A stretch of DNA of 64,000 nucleotides from a virus, in the IMG/VR virus record IMGVR_UViG_3300006076_000002, positions 1-64,000 of that record; one strand, given 5' to 3'. Positions 38,529 through 48,316 of the stretch are shown in pieces (the stretch's first letter is position 1; every line of letters begins with the position of its first letter). The notes beneath the pieces were generated by a model, which ran no database searches, was not told the origin of the DNA, and saw nothing but the letters and a program-made list of their open reading frames with translations. The position numbers and the translations under genes are program-made.

Positions 38529-38771
38529 GTGCCAATGAGATGGCTAATACAAATATGGCATAACATATGGAACTATCTTATAACTAAGGATAGAGATCGT
38601 GTATTAGCTCAAATGATAAAAGAAACTAGAGAACAGACAATATCTGAACCCTCTAAACATAAGTGTCCTAAAACAGGATTAACTATAGTTGATAAGCTAC
38701 CAGCTAGACAACTTAAAATAAAAAAGAAAAGGAAAGCTAATGGGAGAACTAGAACAGAAAATGTACAGTGA
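38529..38771 (+). CDS. hypothetical protein
   Basis: ORF. Confidence 0.45.
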   Translation: MPMRWLIQIWHNIWNYLITKDRDRVLAQMIKETREQTISEPSKHKCPKTGLTIVDKLPARQLKIKKKRKANGRTRTENVQ

Positions 38772-38973
38772 AACTCCAGTAGGTGCAGGTTATTATGCTT
38801 TACGTGAAAATACCTCTAAATGTGGTAAGAAGTACACAAAATTAGTTAAAGCAAATCGTTCACCAGAACCAGCTTATGGGGTACTTAATACACCTCCAAA
38901 ACTGACACCTTCAGTAGGGCATAACCAACGTAGACAAAAAATCCTAGATAAAAGGAAAACTAATGGTAACTAA
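38740..38973 (+). CDS. hypothetical protein
   Basis: AAAGGA RBS. Confidence 0.55.
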   Translation: MGELEQKMYSETPVGAGYYALRENTSKCGKKYTKLVKANRSPEPAYGVLNTPPKLTPSVGHNQRRQKILDKRKTNGN

Positions 38974-39637
38974 AGAAGGTATTAAACTACTAATAGTAGC
39001 TCCAGAGAATTCAGGTAAAACACGTCTTATTAGCAATATTGAAAGTGGTTTAGTTATGTCAACGGACAACAAAGCATTCCGTGGTAAAGTACCACACTTC
39101 CGTTATAATATTTACAATGGTTTAGATGACTTAATCGAAACAATTAGTTCTAAACTTGAGGCCTACGAATCTAAATTTGGCAAACTGCCAGAAACATTTG
39201 TAATTGATTCCGTAACTCACTTACAGAATATAATCATCAAATACAATAATGATAAGTACACAGGTTTTAATATCTGGACAAATATTAACCGTGACGTATT
39301 AGCTATTAATTCATTCATTGAAGAGGAACTAATTCCAGCCGGAATAAATGTAGTTATGACTGCTCACGTAGTTTACGACACTGAAGCAGCACGTTGGAAG
39401 ATTGACAGTCCGGGTAACTTCGGTAAAACTGGGAGCTGGCTTAGTATAGTTGACGAGAGTGTGTTTATAGAAGTCAAAGGTAACAAACGTATTCTTCACT
39501 TCAGCACTATGAAGTTCCCATGCAGAACCCTTCAAGCAGATTTACCTGAATCAATCAACGTAGACGATTTTGATATTAATAAACATATTAAACTGCTTGA
39601 ATCATCCGTACAGGAAAGTGAGGAATGGGCGATATAA
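38963..39637 (+). CDS. AAA_24 / Sak4-like P-loop NTPase
   Basis: APENSGKT, FVIDSVT, VVMTAH. Confidence 0.82.
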   Translation: MVTKEGIKLLIVAPENSGKTRLISNIESGLVMSTDNKAFRGKVPHFRYNIYNGLDDLIETISSKLEAYESKFGKLPETFVIDSVTHLQNIIIKYNNDKYTGFNIWTNINRDVLAINSFIEEELIPAGINVVMTAHVVYDTEAARWKIDSPGNFGKTGSWLSIVDESVFIEVKGNKRILHFSTMKFPCRTLQADLPESINVDDFDINKHIKLLESSVQESEEWAI

Positions 39638-39801
39638 GGACCATTTAAGCACATTAGTTGTACAATTCGTACCCAACATTGGATATTACCTATAAAGGAT
39701 TACTTAAGTTATGTTCTGTTATACTTTTAATCTACGCAGGGTTAATATACTGCACCATCTAAACTTTACGGAATTGCCAAATTCTATAAAAAGGAGTTTA
39801 G

Positions 39802-40545
39802 ATGAACTCAAATGAAATTAAAGTACTACATAACAAACCTTTTAAAGGTAAATTTAAGCCACTCAAGCAAGAGAATTATGTTTTAAAGGTATTAGCGGAT
39901 TTAGGTATGCAGTATCCTACTAAATCCTCTAAACAGAAAAAGCGTATGGTACATATTGAATGTAAATGTGGAGATATTCTTACTGTACAAGAAAAGCAGT
40001 TCAGAGATAATCACGCTAGAGTATGTAAAAAATGTTCAAATAAAGATAAAATTATATTTGGAGATAGTTATAAAGACTCTATCGGATTTTATCTTAGAAA
40101 AATACATTCTGGTGTTAAAGGTAGATGTACTAACCCTAAAAATAAAGATTACGAAAAATATAGTAAGTTAGGTATATACCAACCTTGGATGGATTATAGT
40201 GTATTTAGACATTGGGCATTAACTAATGGATACAAACCGGGATTAACTATTGATAGGGTAGATAACAATAAAGGGTACTATCCAAATAACTGTAGATGGA
40301 CTACTAAAAGTATACAAGCACAAAACACTAGAGTTTTACGTTCTACTAATAAATCTGGTTACAGAGGGGTTAGTTGGAATAAAAAAGAGAATATATGGAA
40401 AGTTAATATAATGACGAACGGTAAAAATAAATATTTAGGTAGATTTACTACAGCCTTAGAAGGCGCTAAAGCTTATGATACCTACGTAGTTGAACATAAT
40501 ACTCAACATAATATTAACGGAGTTTTATACTCTGAATTACGATAA
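39802..40545 (+). CDS. HNH homing endonuclease with AP2 domain
   Basis: TIDRVDNNKGYYPNNCRW; NKSGYRGVSW...YLGRFTTALEGAKAYD. Confidence 0.9.
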   Translation: MNSNEIKVLHNKPFKGKFKPLKQENYVLKVLADLGMQYPTKSSKQKKRMVHIECKCGDILTVQEKQFRDNHARVCKKCSNKDKIIFGDSYKDSIGFYLRKIHSGVKGRCTNPKNKDYEKYSKLGIYQPWMDYSVFRHWALTNGYKPGLTIDRVDNNKGYYPNNCRWTTKSIQAQNTRVLRSTNKSGYRGVSWNKKENIWKVNIMTNGKNKYLGRFTTALEGAKAYDTYVVEHNTQHNINGVLYSELR

Positions 40546-40582
40546 GTTAATTTAAAGAATTAAATATAAAAGGAAATAATAA

Positions 40583-41269
40583 ATGAGTTTTTTTAAAACA
40601 AAAAGAGATAGTGAGTCAGTAAAAGAAAGAGTTGGAGGAAGTTCTAAATTTTTAAATAAAGCCGGAATATACGATGTAAATGTAATTGCAGCATTTGTAA
40701 ATGAAGGTAAAGGTGGATCTTTAACAGTTGACTTTTTCATTGAGAAAGATGAGCAACCACAACCATTATACGGATCTCTTAGAATTACCAACAATAACGG
40801 TGACGAGAACAAGATTGGTGCAGCAACATTCAATAAACTACTAGTTATTCTTGATGAAGATGAAGCAGCAGATCCAGAGGAAGCAACTCTACCAATGGGT
40901 AAAGATGGTGCAGACAAAGATGTAGCTGTAATTCCTAACCTAACGGATTTTGAAGTCAAAGTATGGGTAGCTATCGAGTATTCAGTATACAATGGCTCTA
41001 TCAAAGAGAAGAAAGTAATTCGTAACTTTTACCGTGCAAACGATGGTGCATCAGCAGAGGAAATCGTTAATGAAGCAGAACCAGGTCAACAGTACGCTAA
41101 AGATCTTGAGTACCTTGAAACTTCAGAAAACAAAGGTGTAATCTACAAAGATAATCTTACTGCAGACCAAGTACAAGAGTGGATCAAAGGCGGACGTAAA
41201 GAAGGCACTGTAGGTGGAAGCACATCAGCAGCTAAGCCTAATTTCTCAAAACGTAGATTTGGAAAATAA
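40583..41269 (+). CDS. single-stranded DNA-binding protein (N4 gp45-like)
   Basis: Position after AAA_24; GIYDVNVIAAF...SLTV OB-like N-terminus; size. Confidence 0.6.
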   Translation: MSFFKTKRDSESVKERVGGSSKFLNKAGIYDVNVIAAFVNEGKGGSLTVDFFIEKDEQPQPLYGSLRITNNNGDENKIGAATFNKLLVILDEDEAADPEEATLPMGKDGADKDVAVIPNLTDFEVKVWVAIEYSVYNGSIKEKKVIRNFYRANDGASAEEIVNEAEPGQQYAKDLEYLETSENKGVIYKDNLTADQVQEWIKGGRKEGTVGGSTSAAKPNFSKRRFGK

Positions 41270-41467
41270 ATAGTTTAAGGAAAGTTATCAGCCTTAAAGA
41301 GAGACTAAGTCTATCGTATACAGAGACTATAAACCTTGCACCCTAACTTTGTCAGTTAACTAGGTTAAATAAAACTGATCGTCTAGAATTCACAAAGACG
41401 CAAACTTTTGAATCCCACGTCCAGCAGTACGGAGGTCAGTAACTACTGCTATTTATAAAGGAAAATA

Positions 41468-41758
41468 ATGGAAAATAAAGAATTGCAAGATTTACGCAAA
41501 CAGTGCAGTAAATTAGAAAAACAAGTAAAGAAACACTTAAAGAATACGCTTAGTATTTATGCAGAGCTATTGGCAGGTTTTGAAAAACAAGACTCGCTAG
41601 ACCCTGACGAAGTAGGTGTTATCATAGCTTCTTTAGGTTTACAGACTTCACGTGTATTTGATACACTAAACGATAAAGACTTATCCGTACAAGAGTTGGC
41701 TTCTAAGCTTAAACGTATTAATAAAACACCAACTGTTACAACTACAAAGGAAAAATAA
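41468..41758 (+). CDS. hypothetical coiled-coil protein
   Basis: AAAGGA RBS. Confidence 0.6.
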   Translation: MENKELQDLRKQCSKLEKQVKKHLKNTLSIYAELLAGFEKQDSLDPDEVGVIIASLGLQTSRVFDTLNDKDLSVQELASKLKRINKTPTVTTTKEK

Positions 41759-42039
41759 TGAACAAACAACAATTTATTGAAGAACTATCTCTACTAGAAG
41801 ATTTTGAGTCTAAGGCAGCTGCAGCTCGTGCAGTCGAATTAGCTATCGATATTATTACTAAACAAGTAGCTTCCGGTAACGAAGTAGTTATCAGTGGATT
41901 AGGTAAATTCTATCCACATAAACAAACAGGTAAAAGTGGGAAAGTTCCAGGTACTGACAGAACATATACTACTCAAGATAAGATGGTACCTAAGTTCAAA
42001 GCAGCAAAAGCTTTCAAAGACACTGTAGCTGGAGTGTAG
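41758..42039 (+). CDS. hup: HU/IHF histone-like DNA-binding protein
   Basis: MNKQQFIEEL...V.ISGLGKF...G.VPGT...VPKFKAAKAFKD. Confidence 0.9.
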   Translation: MNKQQFIEELSLLEDFESKAAAARAVELAIDIITKQVASGNEVVISGLGKFYPHKQTGKSGKVPGTDRTYTTQDKMVPKFKAAKAFKDTVAGV

Positions 42040-42166
42040 ACTATGTCTACTCTTCAATACATTAAAAATCGGCTAAACGAACAAGTACAATGTACAGTAG
42101 GTTTCAAAGTATTTACTTACTTATCCTTCGCATTAGTATGGCTCACTCTAGCGTTAGGAAAATAGC

Positions 42167-44311
42167 ATGGCTATTGAACTAGCAACTAATAAAACACACA
42201 TAGTTGTCAAACGTGATGGAAGAGAAGAACCTTATTCTGAAGCTAAAATGAAACAAGTACTTATGTGGGCTTGTCAAGGTAGTGAACCATTAGCTGATAG
42301 CATACTAGAAGCGATTGAAATACGCATTTACAACAAGATAGCCATAGAAACACTATTCGATGAAGTAATAGATACTGTATATAATATGATATCTAGACTT
42401 ACACCACAATACGAAGAAGTACTAAAGCGCTTATTCATACAGAAAACCTATAAAGAGTTATGGGGTATTAAGCGTGCAGAGTATCCAACATTAGCACAAT
42501 ATTTTGCTGAGTTTAGTGGACAGGATAAAGAACTAATCGATCCAAAATTATCTCCAACTGAGTTAGAGCAACTTGATTTAGCTATTAAGCCGGAAAGAGA
42601 CTTATTAAGCCCATATCTAGGTTTAACGGTATTCTTTGAGAAGTATTCTATACGTGGAAAAGAACTATTACAGCATGGTTTTATGCGTGTAGCTATTCAA
42701 CCTTATGTAAATGATACTTCACCAAATAGAATTCAGAAAATTATCAACCGTTACAATAACTTATCTTTAGGTTACTATACAGAAGCAACTCCTAAATTTA
42801 AGAACTCTCTTAAGCATAAGTTTTACGGGGCATCTTGCTGTGTACACAAATCAGCAGATAACTCTGAATCAATCAATGCCGTAACTTCTGATATTGGTCA
42901 GTATTCTCGTGCAGATGGTGGTAATGCTTGTGATGTATCTGATTGGAGAGCATCTAACTCAACTATCGGATTAGTAGGTAAGTCTGATGGTCCTATACCA
43001 TTTATTAAAAAACTTGAAGCATCTGTTAACGCATTTAATCAAAATTCTACTCGTCCTGGTGTATGTGCAGTATACTATCAATGGTGGCATGCAGACGTTA
43101 TGGCACTACTTCCGTTAATGGATGAAGGTGGTAAAGAAAACCAACGTGCCAGAGGTCTTAAATTTGGTATCAAACTTAACCGTCTATTCTTACGTGCTAT
43201 TACAGCTAACGAAGATGTACATTTATTTGATCCGAAAGTAGTACCTCATTTGAACAACCTGTTTGGCACAGAATTCGATGAAGCCTATGATCAAGCTGTC
43301 AAAGCTAAGTTGTACACTTCAGTGATACCAGCACGTACTATTGCATTGGCCATAGCTAAAGAGCGTCTTGAAACAGGCAATTTATACATTTTCTTCATTG
43401 AAAATGCAAATGAGCACACTCCTTTCAATGATATTATTCATAGTTCTAATCTCTGTATGGAAATATTTTTACCTACTATTGCTACTGAATTTAATAAAAG
43501 TAGGGTAGTAACAGATTTATCTACAGGTGAAGCCTATACTGAAAGCTACAATAAAACAGGACTAACTGCACTGTGCAATCTTAGTTCTATCAATGTAGAT
43601 AAATGGATAAACATGTCATCAGAAGAACGAGATACTTTAGCTGCTGAGCTATTGGAGTCTTCTGATAATCTAATTGACTTACAAAGCTACCCTACTCCTG
43701 AAGGTGAATTATTCAACCGTAATTACAGAGCAATTGGTATTGGTATGAATAACTTAGCATATGCATTTGCAAGCAGAAATATTAAGTTTACTGATGACGA
43801 TGCAAAAGTATTAATGGAAGAAATATCATCTTCAATCCATGAAGTATTTAACCGTGCGTCATACAACCTAGCTATACAACGTGGTAATTTCCTATGGCAT
43901 AATAAAACTAAGCTATCTGAACCTAGGCGTTTTGCAACATTGTTTGCTTTACCCCCAGGAGCTACAAACAGTTTAATTATTGGTGCTACCGAAGGTACTG
44001 AACCGGTATCTAAACTATTGAGTGAGAAAACAGGTACATACTCATCTAAACAATTAGTACCTGAACTACTTAAGTACGGAATGAACTACCAGTTAGCTGC
44101 GGAGATACCTACAAAAGTATTATATGATTTAGCAGCGATTCGTCAACGCTATCTTGATCAAGGACAATCTCTTAACACATATGCTAAAGATCCTTCAAGT
44201 GCATACGAAGTAGTTAATGCCATTATCTATGCTGAATCAGTAGGGCTTAAGTCGCTTTACTATTTACAATCAAATACGGCAGTCGATGAGTGCCTTAGCT
44301 GTGGAGCTTAA
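42167..44311 (+). CDS. nrdA: class Ia ribonucleotide reductase alpha subunit
   Basis: ATP cone VVKRDG, ASCC, SNLCMEI, KSLYY, C-terminal CLSC. Confidence 0.95.
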   Translation: MAIELATNKTHIVVKRDGREEPYSEAKMKQVLMWACQGSEPLADSILEAIEIRIYNKIAIETLFDEVIDTVYNMISRLTPQYEEVLKRLFIQKTYKELWGIKRAEYPTLAQYFAEFSGQDKELIDPKLSPTELEQLDLAIKPERDLLSPYLGLTVFFEKYSIRGKELLQHGFMRVAIQPYVNDTSPNRIQKIINRYNNLSLGYYTEATPKFKNSLKHKFYGASCCVHKSADNSESINAVTSDIGQYSRADGGNACDVSDWRASNSTIGLVGKSDGPIPFIKKLEASVNAFNQNSTRPGVCAVYYQWWHADVMALLPLMDEGGKENQRARGLKFGIKLNRLFLRAITANEDVHLFDPKVVPHLNNLFGTEFDEAYDQAVKAKLYTSVIPARTIALAIAKERLETGNLYIFFIENANEHTPFNDIIHSSNLCMEIFLPTIATEFNKSRVVTDLSTGEAYTESYNKTGLTALCNLSSINVDKWINMSSEERDTLAAELLESSDNLIDLQSYPTPEGELFNRNYRAIGIGMNNLAYAFASRNIKFTDDDAKVLMEEISSSIHEVFNRASYNLAIQRGNFLWHNKTKLSEPRRFATLFALPPGATNSLIIGATEGTEPVSKLLSEKTGTYSSKQLVPELLKYGMNYQLAAEIPTKVLYDLAAIRQRYLDQGQSLNTYAKDPSSAYEVVNAIIYAESVGLKSLYYLQSNTAVDECLSCGA

Positions 44312-44313
44312 CA

Positions 44314-45339
44314 ATGAAACATATAATCACACTTAACCCTCAAACAGACACATCTCTATTTGGGCAATCAGACGGAGGTGTATTCCTTCGTACTGACAAA
44401 GTACAACATAGAATACTAAAAGACCTATGGGACAAATCTAACGCTTTATTCTGGACTGTAAACATGGTTGATTTCTCTAAGGACTCAATTGAACACATAC
44501 CAGAAATTGGTCAACGAATGTTTAAACTAAACAACGGCTATCAATCTTTAATGGATTCAGGCGTAGTTGGTATTTATAATCACTTAGCTTTATTAACTAC
44601 TTCCAACGAAGTAGCTTTATCTTATCAGCAGATAGCATTTATGGAAACAATTCATGCAACTAGCTATTCTGATGGCTTATTGCAAATGTTTAATGAAAAA
44701 GCTACAGAGATAATTGATATAGTATATACAGATAAAGTAGTACAAAATAGATTATCTTCGGAGATAGACTATTCCGATAAAGTAATTATTGATCCAAGCA
44801 AGCATAACATAGCTTTATCAATAGCTGCGACATATTTGCTAGAATCTATTAAGTTCCCATTCAGCTTCTTTGTAACCTTTTCTATTAATAAAGCTTACAG
44901 TAATTGCATCAATGGCTTCTCTCAGCTAATTTCACGAATAGCTACTGACGAATTGGAAATCCATGTACCAACTAATAAGTACATTCTCAAACAACTGATA
45001 AAAGAAGGTGCGATACAGAAGCAGGAAATCTTAACTATGGCTAATACTATCCTAGAACAAGAGCTTAACTGGAATCAGTACCTACAGCAAGATGGCCCAA
45101 TACCTGGGTACAATAAAGAGATAGGTACACAGTTTATTAAGTACATGCACAATAAGTCTGTACGTGATCTAGGTGTAGATATAGATGTAATAAAACCAAA
45201 CGATACTGTTCAATGGTTCAATCATGTAAGAAACCCAGACAACAAGCAAGTATCTCAACAAGAACAAAAGTCAACGCAATACCAGAAAGGTGTTATGAAG
45301 GATAACTTATTCTTATTAGACAAGGCTGATAATGACTGA
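44314..45339 (+). CDS. nrdB: ribonucleotide reductase beta subunit
   Basis: FW, ETIHATSY, LESIKF, DELEIH, QEQ...QY. Confidence 0.92.
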   Translation: MKHIITLNPQTDTSLFGQSDGGVFLRTDKVQHRILKDLWDKSNALFWTVNMVDFSKDSIEHIPEIGQRMFKLNNGYQSLMDSGVVGIYNHLALLTTSNEVALSYQQIAFMETIHATSYSDGLLQMFNEKATEIIDIVYTDKVVQNRLSSEIDYSDKVIIDPSKHNIALSIAATYLLESIKFPFSFFVTFSINKAYSNCINGFSQLISRIATDELEIHVPTNKYILKQLIKEGAIQKQEILTMANTILEQELNWNQYLQQDGPIPGYNKEIGTQFIKYMHNKSVRDLGVDIDVIKPNDTVQWFNHVRNPDNKQVSQQEQKSTQYQKGVMKDNLFLLDKADND

Positions 45340-45517
45340 ATCTGATATACGTAAAAAGATTGAGCAGTATAGAGTTTCTGATGCACCAATTCACATCAAG
45401 GAAGCAGCTATTAAAGAGCTGGAACAAAAACTAATCTGTAATGACCAGGAAGCTCGTACTCAGTACATTGAGGGCTTACCTGATACATCAGACATACAAC
45501 AAGATTAAAGGAACACA

Positions 45518-46153
45518 ATGAGCGCTAAAAATAGAGGTAGTACAACAATCTTACAAGAATTTTACCCTACACCTACTACTACTGTAGATAGTATACTGGA
45601 TGAAATAAATTGGAGTAAAATTACTACCTTTTGTGAACCTTGTAAAGGTGACGGAGCTGTGTATAATAAAGTACCCCTACTAGATGAGCATAAATACTAT
45701 TTCGAACTAACAGAGGGTACTAACTATTTAGACCCTAAAAACTCAAAACAAGTAGATTTAATTTTAACTAATCCTCCTTTTTCGTTAGCAGAAGAGTTTA
45801 TAACTAAAGCTAAAAAAGAAGCTAAGTGTGTGGTTATGCTCCAACGAGTAAATTTTCTAGGGTCACAAGCACGTAAAGAGTTTTGGAGTAAAAACCCACC
45901 TACCCATCTATTTGTATTAGCAAACAGACCTAAGTTTGTAGCTCGTTGTAATAACAATAAACGCACAGAAGACGGGAAAAAAGTTTGTAACAATAAGGAA
46001 TCTTACCAAATTACCGAACCGGCACAACCGTGTAATACGTGCGGTAAACTAACCGTACCATCCAGTGATGCAACTGAATACGCATGGTTTGTATGGTGTG
46101 AAGAAAGTCATTTAGATATGATTAAAAAAGATAAAGGTGTATATGTTATTTAA
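45518..46153 (+). CDS. N6-adenine DNA methyltransferase
   Basis: FYPTP, EPCKGDG, TNPPF, YAWFVW. Confidence 0.85.
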   Translation: MSAKNRGSTTILQEFYPTPTTTVDSILDEINWSKITTFCEPCKGDGAVYNKVPLLDEHKYYFELTEGTNYLDPKNSKQVDLILTNPPFSLAEEFITKAKKEAKCVVMLQRVNFLGSQARKEFWSKNPPTHLFVLANRPKFVARCNNNKRTEDGKKVCNNKESYQITEPAQPCNTCGKLTVPSSDATEYAWFVWCEESHLDMIKKDKGVYVI

Positions 46154-46177
46154 CACATCTATAAATAAAGGAATACA

Positions 46178-46738
46178 ATGAAATTTAAGAAATTCATGAA
46201 AAGAATTAAGCAGCTACACAAGCATCTACCAGAACAAGTAGAACTGCCATCAGAAGAATGGTTCAAAGCTAATGTACCAAAAGAAGGCAGAATTGATTAC
46301 TTAGCTAGAGGTGTACATAAGTTATTAACTGTAAAGCTACAAGAAGTTGACAATATTGAAGAACCTGCTAAAAACACTAACGAAGATACTACTGAATCCT
46401 TAACTGGTATCGACGCAACTCTAGCTGAACGTGGTTCTAACTACGGTAAATTCGAAAACCACGCTAAATTATCACAAAGTTTGCAAGTACTTTTTGAGGG
46501 GCATGTACGCAGATATGGACAACCAGAGAAGTATACTGACTCTATGAACGAAGCTATCCAGCTAATCATGCACAAACTGGCTAGAATTGCTAACGGTTCG
46601 CCAATGTACATAGAGAACTTCAGAGACATATGCGGATATGCACAACTAATAATAAATGAGTTGGAAACTACTGAGGGTGCTACTGATGCTAAAGTATCTA
46701 AAATTGTAAGAGAAGATAATAAGTGGGTAGAGCAGTAA
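46178..46738 (+). CDS. DUF6378-like phage protein
   Basis: TLAERGSNYGKF...HKLARI.NG...DICGYA. Confidence 0.7.
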   Translation: MKFKKFMKRIKQLHKHLPEQVELPSEEWFKANVPKEGRIDYLARGVHKLLTVKLQEVDNIEEPAKNTNEDTTESLTGIDATLAERGSNYGKFENHAKLSQSLQVLFEGHVRRYGQPEKYTDSMNEAIQLIMHKLARIANGSPMYIENFRDICGYAQLIINELETTEGATDAKVSKIVREDNKWVEQ

Positions 46739-46935
46739 TGTCCTATCTATCTCTTGACTTTCTATTATATTTAAGTAGATGGGTAGTCTCAGCTTTCGCG
46801 GTTATGCCTGTACTATATATATTAGTTAAGTATAACTGTTGCAAAGGTAAATACGAAGAATACATTCACTTAATACTAGTACAAGTATTCGGTGCATTTA
46901 TATTCTTTTATATTGATCAATGGATATTTTCATGA
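46738..46935 (+). CDS. small two-TM membrane protein
   Basis: Likely start ATG 46738 (TAATG); hydrophobic. Confidence 0.55.
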   Translation: MSYLSLDFLLYLSRWVVSAFAVMPVLYILVKYNCCKGKYEEYIHLILVQVFGAFIFFYIDQWIFS

Positions 46936-47570
46936 AGAAGTATGATATAGTTTATATAGATCCTCCTTGGCAATTTAACAAACGATCAAACACAAAAACT
47001 AGTTTTGGTGGAGGGGCAATGGCCCATTACCCTACAATGCCTATGAAAGATATAGCAGCATTAGATTTCACAGTATTTATGAAAGAAAATGCTCTTATGT
47101 ACTGTTGGGTAACTCTAGCTAAACTGCCTGAATGTATTGAAGCTATACAAAAACCAAATCTACAATTTGTAACTACTGGTTTCGTATGGGTAAAAACTAA
47201 CCCTATAGGACACACAAAACCACAAGAGGGTATCAATATATTTAATCCTTCTGATAGTACTTATCGTAAACCTTTTTATGGTGTAGGAAACTATACAGCA
47301 TCTAACGCAGAGATTTGTTTAATATTCCGCAAAGGTAAAATGGTAAAACATAAAGAAAAAGTATCACAGGTTATACTATCTCCAAGAGAAAAGCACAGTA
47401 AAAAACCTAAAGAAGCTTATGACAGATTAGAAACTATGTATCCTTCTAACGAGTTTAACAAGATAGAAATATTTGCACGCAATAGCGCTAAAGGTTTTGA
47501 CGTAATAGGTAATCAGCATAATAACATACAAATTGAAGACTTTATCAAACAGTACGAGGATGCGGAATGA
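46932..47570 (+). CDS. MT-A70 family adenine methyltransferase
   Basis: YIDPPW, HYPTM, FVWVK, HSKKP, EIFAR; start likely at the ATGA overlap (46932). Confidence 0.9.
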   Translation: MKKYDIVYIDPPWQFNKRSNTKTSFGGGAMAHYPTMPMKDIAALDFTVFMKENALMYCWVTLAKLPECIEAIQKPNLQFVTTGFVWVKTNPIGHTKPQEGINIFNPSDSTYRKPFYGVGNYTASNAEICLIFRKGKMVKHKEKVSQVILSPREKHSKKPKEAYDRLETMYPSNEFNKIEIFARNSAKGFDVIGNQHNNIQIEDFIKQYEDAE

Positions 47571-47785
47571 GCTGGGAACCAGGAACACATGTACAAGCAT
47601 TTGGCGCTAAGTCTTTACATGCTGGGCAATCAGGTGTAGTTGTGCGAGATGATGGAGAATACATTATGTTATTAGCAGATGATCCTTCGTATAAACAAGC
47701 ACATAAAAACAGTATAGATGAGCCAGATTCACCAAATAGATATTTCTGGGTCAGTAATCTGTGCTTAAAACAACTAAAGGATTAA
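47567..47785 (+). CDS. hypothetical SH3-like protein
   Basis: Coupled ORF. Confidence 0.55.
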   Translation: MSWEPGTHVQAFGAKSLHAGQSGVVVRDDGEYIMLLADDPSYKQAHKNSIDEPDSPNRYFWVSNLCLKQLKD

Positions 47786-47789
47786 ATAA

Positions 47790-48167
47790 ATGAAATGGAA
47801 AGATAGCCTTAAACACTGGCGTAAAAACCGAGGTTTAACAACACCACAAATAAGTATCAACCAAGAAACAGGCAATCCTGCAATTATAGATATGCTACTT
47901 GAAGAAGTGGAGGAACTCCGCTTAGCTTTACTAGATAACAATGAGCATGAAATCATAGATGCTTGTAACGATCTAATTGTATTATCTGCTAATCATGTAG
48001 CTCAATCAGGATACGATATTGACCTTACAATGAAAGAGACTCTTAAAGAAATCTCATCTCGTGAAGGCTCAATCAACCCTACTACAGGTAAATGGCAGAA
48101 AGACAAAGCTCAAGACCCTTCTACTCTTTACAAGGCTGATTATTCAACCTGTAAATTGAAGTCTTAG
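47790..48167 (+). CDS. MazG-like nucleotide pyrophosphohydrolase
   Basis: WRKNRGL, LLEEVEEL, IIDACND. Confidence 0.75.
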   Translation: MKWKDSLKHWRKNRGLTTPQISINQETGNPAIIDMLLEEVEELRLALLDNNEHEIIDACNDLIVLSANHVAQSGYDIDLTMKETLKEISSREGSINPTTGKWQKDKAQDPSTLYKADYSTCKLKS

Positions 48168-48316
48168 TTTTGACTTTAGAACAATTATTCTCGATTCTAC
48201 GTAATCTTGAGGAACTAAAACTACAAGGCGGTAAACGCTATAAAGCAATTACCTTATTATTGCAGAAGGAAGCTACAACACACAATTGTGCTGAAGCCAG
48301 AATTCTGCTAGATCAG

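Noticed and set aside
41395-41450. c-di-GMP-I riboswitch suggested by GACGCAAA
   Set aside because: The upstream GGCAAA/GNRA P2 element and matching P1/P3 are absent.
31948-45339. Introns or inteins in DNA polymerase, nrdA or nrdB
   Set aside because: Reading frames are continuous and of normal length with no intein terminal motifs; the homing endonucleases are free-standing.
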